Assembly (NCBI GenBank): GCA_964019425.1
Contig: OZ025789.1
Location: 930,001-994,000 of the forward strand
DNA length: 64,000 nucleotides
Source: Flectonema sp. DT1601
Lineage: Eukaryota
Reading direction: 5' to 3'
A program made the position numbers and the translations under genes. Positions within the stretch are counted from its first letter, which is position 1, and each line of letters begins with the position of its first letter. Below are positions 58,256 to 64,000 of the stretch, piece by piece. The notes under the pieces are model-generated. The model saw only the letters and a program-made list of their open reading frames with translations. It was not told where the DNA came from and did no database searches.

Positions 58256-59266
58256 TCATCCCTTTGATCTTTTCAGTACGTTGCTGTCAAGCAGTTCTGT
58301 GGAGTCATTGTCAGAAGGTTGGGATTCATCTGCTGTTACTGATGTATTAGATGGGTGTTGGTCTAGGATGATCTCACCTGATAAATATTGATTTAAAACA
58401 TCATCAGATGAGCTCTCACTCTCATTTTCTGATGATAGGAATACTTGTAAGGCAGGGTCATCATGGTTATGGTCTACAGACTTGCTGGAAGTGGTCTTAG
58501 TTTGTGCATTTGCCCGTTCATTCATTTTTTGTAAAATAGACGACACGTCTCGAACCTTCACGCCAGCTGTAAAAAACACCCGTCTCACGGTTTGCATAAT
58601 TTTAAGTACTTTTGCAAGAGAATGTTGATCGTCTTCTTCAGAGTCAGCGTGGAGTCGTTTTCCTTTTTTAAAATATTTATAAGGTGTTATTTGAACTACT
58701 TGTTTACTGTCCTGACGTTTCCATGCTACAGTTAAATCATCAACAACGATAACGTGATTTATTGAAAAAGGGAATATCCGAGAGAGAGTTTTACGACCAC
58801 CCGTATCAATATCGTCACGGGATACCACTCTGTCGTGAAAGTATTTCTTAGTTGGGTCGATTATAGATAAAATTCCTTTTGCATAATCACGAGCTCCATG
58901 TGTGAAGACATGTAGTTCAAAGTTTTTTGATAATTCGCTTAAAAAACTGTCAAGTCCTGGTCTGGTTTTTACTAAGTATCTTCCTCTCGGTAGTTTCAAC
59001 TTATAAAACGGTCCTGAAATATTTTTTCGAGGTGCATCTGCTGCGTGAATCAATGTATGGTCAAGATCTAAAATAGCGACCAGCTTATGTTCTTTCATCA
59101 GGCTATCATATTCGGTTTTGTGCTTCTCCTCAACTTGATTTTTCTGAACCCATATATCAGATCTCGAGTGAACACCACGAATTGCATTTTCTTCTTTTTT
59201 AACAGTTTGTCCACATGTTACGCAAAGATTTCCAAAGACTTCGTTGTGAGTACAATTTTCTGACAT
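58256..59266 (-). CDS. FCP1/CPL4-like CTD phosphatase (NIF/HAD domain), no BRCT domain seen
   Basis: Start MSENCTH at 59266; CxH...GNLCVTCG motif; LDLDHTLIHA catalytic motif; KTRPGL, IIDP, VVDD...W. Confidence 0.9.
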   Translation of the reverse strand: MSENCTHNEVFGNLCVTCGQTVKKEENAIRGVHSRSDIWVQKNQVEEKHKTEYDSLMKEHKLVAILDLDHTLIHAADAPRKNISGPFYKLKLPRGRYLVKTRPGLDSFLSELSKNFELHVFTHGARDYAKGILSIIDPTKKYFHDRVVSRDDIDTGGRKTLSRIFPFSINHVIVVDDLTVAWKRQDSKQVVQITPYKYFKKGKRLHADSEEDDQHSLAKVLKIMQTVRRVFFTAGVKVRDVSSILQKMNERANAQTKTTSSKSVDHNHDDPALQVFLSSENESESSSDDVLNQYLSGEIILDQHPSNTSVTADESQPSDNDSTELLDSNVLKRSKG

Positions 59267-60844
59267 ATTGATTGCCTGAGAGATAATAAAAAAGAAAAAT
59301 AATATCGATTGATATTCCACATTAAAATACGTTCTGTATGACTCATACGATGAAAACATTATTGTAAGCTGCAAGGTGTATTGTTACATATTTATGAATA
59401 ATGCTTTCAGTCAACACGGAGGCGGAAAAAACAATCGCACCCGCAGCACCAAAAAAGATTTGTAGTACCTTGTTCTGTGAGACAGACAGAAAAGATGTAC
59501 GTTTGCATTTTTCACGTAGGATGGGGATGAGTAATATAGGAATTCAAGACACGCAAGACGATAAAATGCACCAATCCAACAAAAAAAAAAAAAAACTCGG
59601 AGAAATTTCAAAAAGAACGGGAAAAAAAAATGGAGAAAAAAAAAATGATCCAAGATCTATGTGATGAGGCTAATCCACAAAAGAATAGATGGAAAAACTT
59701 TTCATTTCATTCTTTTTTTTTTTTTTTCCTTATTTTTTATTTATTTTTTTTTTTTTTTTGCTTTTCCTTAAACACTCATCTCATCCGTTGCTGTATCTTA
59801 AATTTTATTTTTTAAAAAATATAATAATAAAACGCGCATATCGTAACTTCAATTACCCCCTTTTTTTTTTTTTTTTTTTTCCTTTTTTGTTGTTGCACCG
59901 ACGAAGTCGAGAAGAAACTATTCAGATTAAGAGCCATTATTTATTATGTCATGGTATCTACTTCAGATTTGCCAACAAAATGTAAGGCTTACCTGAATGA
60001 ATGGCTCTTTTTTTATAAACTAACGAGGTACACTTGACAACCAAGACACAGGCTCTATTCGCGTTGTGAGAAAAAAAAAAGCTACTCTTTTAATTTTTTT
60101 TTCTTTTTTAATAAGCAGCTATGATGTTTTTTTTTTTTTTTTTTTTCCCTCATTTTAATTTTCAATTCTATTTTTTTTTTTTTTTTTTTTTTTTTTCCCT
60201 CTGGCCGATCAGCAGGTTTCATTGAAGACAATCAATGAAGGCTTATTAGTACGGTAAAGATAAGATAGTTACACAAGAGTCTCGCTACTTGAAGAAATGA
60301 AGGCTGACCTGTCCACACAATATTCTTAGATTCGGGTGTTTCGAGTGGGTTGTCCCTTCTCATTCCTTTTTTTGATTCCACGCACTCGCGCTGTCTGTGT
60401 GTTTTTTTTGGGTTTTCTGAAAAGCATAAGAAATCAATAGGCAAGACTGCCAGATGAAAAGGGAAAGGGGAAAAAAAAACAAAAAGGTCGGTGGATTTCA
60501 TTAATTGGCGGCAGCTTCTGCAATTTTAACTAATGAACAATTGCTAGTGATTACCAACTGCGGCAGAGAATAATACGCACAATCAACCCAATGACAGCGA
60601 TTCTCTCGTTTTTGCGAGCAGATTTTTTGATACGGCTCCCTTGACTGATTCTAAAAATTGTTTTTTTTTTTTTTTCCTGATGTACGGACTACGAACCAAA
60701 ATTCAAAAAAAAAAAAAAAAAAAGAATAGCTGTATGCGGTGAGTAGACTATCCTTCTCACCAGAGAAATCGAACAGCGTAAAGTCTTCTACACAAGAAGG
60801 CCATCTACGATTAATCAATACTTGCTCTGATGGTGTTATTTACC

Positions 60845-62872
60845 TTACTTGCAAAGAGCAGACTTGGGACCGGCATATGAAAATCCATTAAATTTACCAC
60901 CAGAAGTGTCTTTTGTTCCAGGCTCGTCATCTCCACCTGGGAGGTCAGTTGCTTGTTTAGTGAATTCACTGTCAAAATATTTCGTATCTGACTCACCCTT
61001 ATGAATCGACGGTATAAACTCTGGCTTGTAATTCCTTTTATATAATTCTTGAAAGTCAATACCACTGAAGAACGGATGGCTTTTTAATTTTTCGATGTCA
61101 CACATTCTCTGTTTTGGATCTCTATCAAGAAGCTTTGTTAAAATATCTCTAAGAGGGGCTGACACAAAGGATGGGAACTCAAGAGGTTTATTTAATATCA
61201 ACTGATACATCTGACTAACATTCTGTGTGTAGAATGGTGGAATACCCACCACCATTTCATATAAGAATATCCCCAAACTCCACCAGTCAACTGCTTGGGT
61301 ATGACCTTGTTTCATAACCAATTCTGGAGCCATATACTCTGGTGTACCACAGAAGGTATAAGTCGTTCCCTTAACGTTAGTTTTAGCTAAACCAAAGTCT
61401 GTAAGCATTACGTGACCTTCGCCATCGAGTACCTGTTTTTTTGTTTTGTTTAATAAAATGTTCTTTAAAAAGATCGATTCCTCACAAATACAATCACATA
61501 CCAAGTTCTCCGGCTTCAGATCTCGGTATATAACACCAAGCGAATGGAGATGAGACAACGCTAGAGAGATTTCAGCTGTGTAGAAACGAGCACGGCTCTG
61601 TTTGTTTGTTTGTTTGTTTTTTTCCCGTTCTTTTTCGTACAAGTGTTAATACTTTGCTTCAACCAACAACATACTTCACTAAACCTCTTACTGCGTTGCA
61701 GGTGATAGAATAGCTCTCCTCCAGAGAGGAAGTCGAGGATGAAGATAAGTTGTTTTTTAGTCTGTTTGTTTATTTAATTTTTCTACCCTATAATACATAT
61801 CCAACAAAGATGACTCACTCTTACATACCTGAAATGCGTAGTGGAGGTTAACGACGAATGGATGGTTGACCATTTCTAATATCATCTTTTCAGCATTAGT
61901 GTGAGCAACCATTTTGTTTTGAATGATTTGATCTTTATTGAGGACCTTCATAGCATACACTTGTGCTGATTCACGATGTTTAACTTTCATTACCTTACCA
62001 AAGCTTCCGATACCCACAACGCAAACCAAGTCGAAGTCTTTGAGGCCGAGAGTCTTTCGGCCGTCAGTTCCTTCGGCAGCCTTGTCAGCTTGTTTTGAAT
62101 AGTATTGTTGTGCCATGTCAGCGTCTTCTACACCTTCTAGCTCACCGATACCCTTGTTTCCTGGAAGCTCACCGCCGCTTGTTACTGCTTCAAGGTACTT
62201 CCACCATCTCTGTTTTTCCTTTTCACAATCATCAGGTTTCGCATCATCACCCACAGCCGCTGTCAATACATATGTCCTCGGTAAGCTGGGACCCATTAAG
62301 CAGAATGCATATCTGTACATCGTACAGTCAACTACTTTAGTATTTTTTAGTGGAATTGTTCCAAGTCTTTTCCCACCTTGTTTTTCATGATAGTGAAGGT
62401 TGTCACCTCTTATTTCAAACCAACGAGTTTTAAAAGGGTCTTTAAAAGCAACGGTCCGGGCACCCAATTTTCTCAGGTAGCCACCGCCACCGAAGAGACC
62501 GAGCAGTGCCCTGAACTCCGATGCAGAATTAAGTCCGTTACAATGCTTAACTTGTGCTAGGAAATCCTCTAATTGTCTTCTTCTCTCTTCAACGAATTTT
62601 GGATCAAACCTTCCAAATGTCTTCTTTGGTGGAGGTTCTGGTAAGTGTGGCAACCCTAACTCTTTACTCTTCTTTCGTAGTGCCTTAAACGCTTCTTCAA
62701 ATTCTCTAAACCTCCTCCAACAACTAGCTAACTCAGACCCACTCCTCTCTTCTCTTATACTTACTTTATAAACCATAAAGTCACTCTTCTTAGTAGGGTC
62801 AGTTACATGAACAGTCATAGAATTCCAATCAGGGTCGGAGAGATCAGAGGGAGGCCCATCCCCCATAGTCAT
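60845..62872 (-). CDS. AGC Ser/Thr kinase with PX and PH domains (Akt/SGK-like); introns 61762-61828, 61598-61674, 61433-61501
   Basis: PX (WRRFREF...PEPPPKK...[11 protein letters not shown]), PH (GYLRKLG...FKTRWF...RWWKYL), kinase ([28 protein letters not shown]) and hydrophobic motif FNGFSY. Three GT-AG introns restore one frame. Confidence 0.92.
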
Positions 62873-63215
62873 TTAATATATCTCCCACCTGTTCCTGAAT
62901 GAAAGTAAGTAAAATTATTCCGAGATGAAAACTATCACAAGAGAATCTGCAATAAGTCACTTGAATACAGCAAATGGAATACGAAGCTTTGCAATTCAAA
63001 GAAGAAAGAGTAAAAATTAGAGGGATGGTGCTAGTATGTCCACAACTAACAATAAACTTCGCCATCGGGTTGTTACTCATTATCGGATGCCGACTTCCAT
63101 GGCCACCGTCGTCTAGATGAACCGACAGGATCTGATAAGCGATCACTGGATTCTTTGTCGATTGAGCAACTCCGCGTTCATGCCGAAATGGAGGACATCG
63201 GTAGAACTGAAGTAA

Positions 63216-63281
63216 ATCACTGTACTAGTTCTATGCAGAGGATACCAATTAGCTCAGCATTCCCAAATTGAGCGACTCTTG
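63216..63281 (-). pseudogene. Short, internally deleted LSU rRNA fragment
   Basis: + strand atcactgtact...gcagag.gata.ccaattagctcagcattcccaaattgagcgactcttg matches 48557-48655 with internal deletions. Confidence 0.85.
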
Positions 63282-63450
63282 TCTCTGGCGAGTGATTGAT
63301 CGAGAACAACATCGACACATTCCGGAATTGAACTATTATGTCCTAAACCTTGCATCACCACCTCGAACGTCCTGAAATTTAAAAAATACAATTAAAAAAC
63401 TGCATCAGGGGTATGTGACAAAATAAATAAAAAACGAAATTTGCCAGCAT

Positions 63451-63532
63451 GGCAGGATGGCCGAGCGGTCTAAGGCGGAGGACTCAAGTTCCTCTATCTT
63501 CGGATGCGTGGGTTCAAACCCCACTCCTGTCA
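63451..63532 (+). tRNA. tRNA-Leu(CAA), intronless, long variable arm
   Basis: Acceptor stem GGCAGGA/TCCTGTC+A; D arm TGGCCGAGCGGTCTAAGG; anticodon stem GAGGA/TCCTC with loop CTCAAGT; T arm GTGGGTTCAAACCCCAC; followed by a TTTTT Pol III terminator. Confidence 0.96.
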
Positions 63533-63549
63533 ATTTTTAGTTATCAGAA

Positions 63550-63895
63550 GTGGAAAAAACCGCACTAATTTTTCCACAAAATAATATTTTCCACTTGCAC
63601 CAATATTTCTACCAGAATAGACTTTTTCCAGCAGTTTGCGGTTCACAGTGCACTAATCTTTCCACACAGTAATGTAATATTTCCAGTTGCAGTACTGGAA
63701 AAAAATCTATTCTGAACAGAGAAATTAGTGTGGTAGAAAAACATTACTGCGTGGAAAAATTAGTGCGGTTTTTCCATGCAGTAATATGTTCCTCCAAACT
63801 AATATTTCCAGTTGCAGCAAAAAACCGCACTAATTTTCCACGTAACATTTCCCTGCAGTCCAATGCACTAAACTGTGAACCGACTTAAACTGATC
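63550..63895. repeat. Nested inverted/direct repeat (foldback or MITE-like) ending in a partial copy D of the dispersed repeat
   Basis: tggaaaaaaccgcactaatttttccac (63551-63577) is inverted at 63751-63776 and direct at about 63819-63841; cagaatagactttttccag (63613-63631) is inverted at 63696-63714; cggttcacagt (63639-63649) is inverted at 63872-63882. Confidence 0.85.
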
Positions 63896-64000
63896 AGCCT
63901 CATCTTTGCTGTGTGTTTATGTGAAAAAGAATTAACTGACAAAAAGCTCACACAGCGTCATGGAAAAACAATGTGTAAACGTCAATAGGCATGAATAACA

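Noticed and set aside
61433..61501. Apparent 23-aa insertion after the kinase DLKPENL motif (likewise 16092-16160)
   Set aside because: A 69-nt stop-free GT...ACAG intron read through by the ORF caller.
82..62872. Alternative genetic code, frameshifting or RNA editing to explain split ORFs
   Set aside because: Every split is resolved by a canonical GT-AG intron, and TAA, TAG and TGA all terminate genes.

Overview
AT-rich eukaryotic nuclear DNA. All 28 protein-coding genes I can support lie on the minus strand as one unidirectional cluster, which begins next to a divergent plus-strand tRNA-Leu(CAA) at 63451. There are sparse short GT-AG introns and pyrimidine-rich AG acceptors just upstream of most start codons. 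This organisation suggests a trans-splicing euglenozoan, most likely a diplonemid (inference only). Recognisable products: P5C reductase, two serine carboxypeptidases (S10), a Shewanella-like phosphatase, an FCP1-like phosphatase, a PX-PH-AGC kinase, an LRR protein, a PWI protein, and apparently inactive nicotinamidase and archaemetzincin homologues. Most interesting signals: (1) a tandemly duplicated two-gene cassette (GPR180/TMEM145-like 7TM protein plus a secreted beta-propeller-like protein) whose copies are near-identical except for one hypervariable extracellular patch in each gene, suggesting a co-diversifying receptor-ligand pair; (2) all 13 coding-region introns end in an A/C-rich tract instead of a polypyrimidine tract, and most have T/G-rich 5' arms that could pair with it, while gene-start acceptors are pyrimidine-rich; (3) two dispersed 28S rRNA fragments sharing one boundary, each near a copy of a small dispersed repeat. 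All family calls are by motif recognition; no searches were run.
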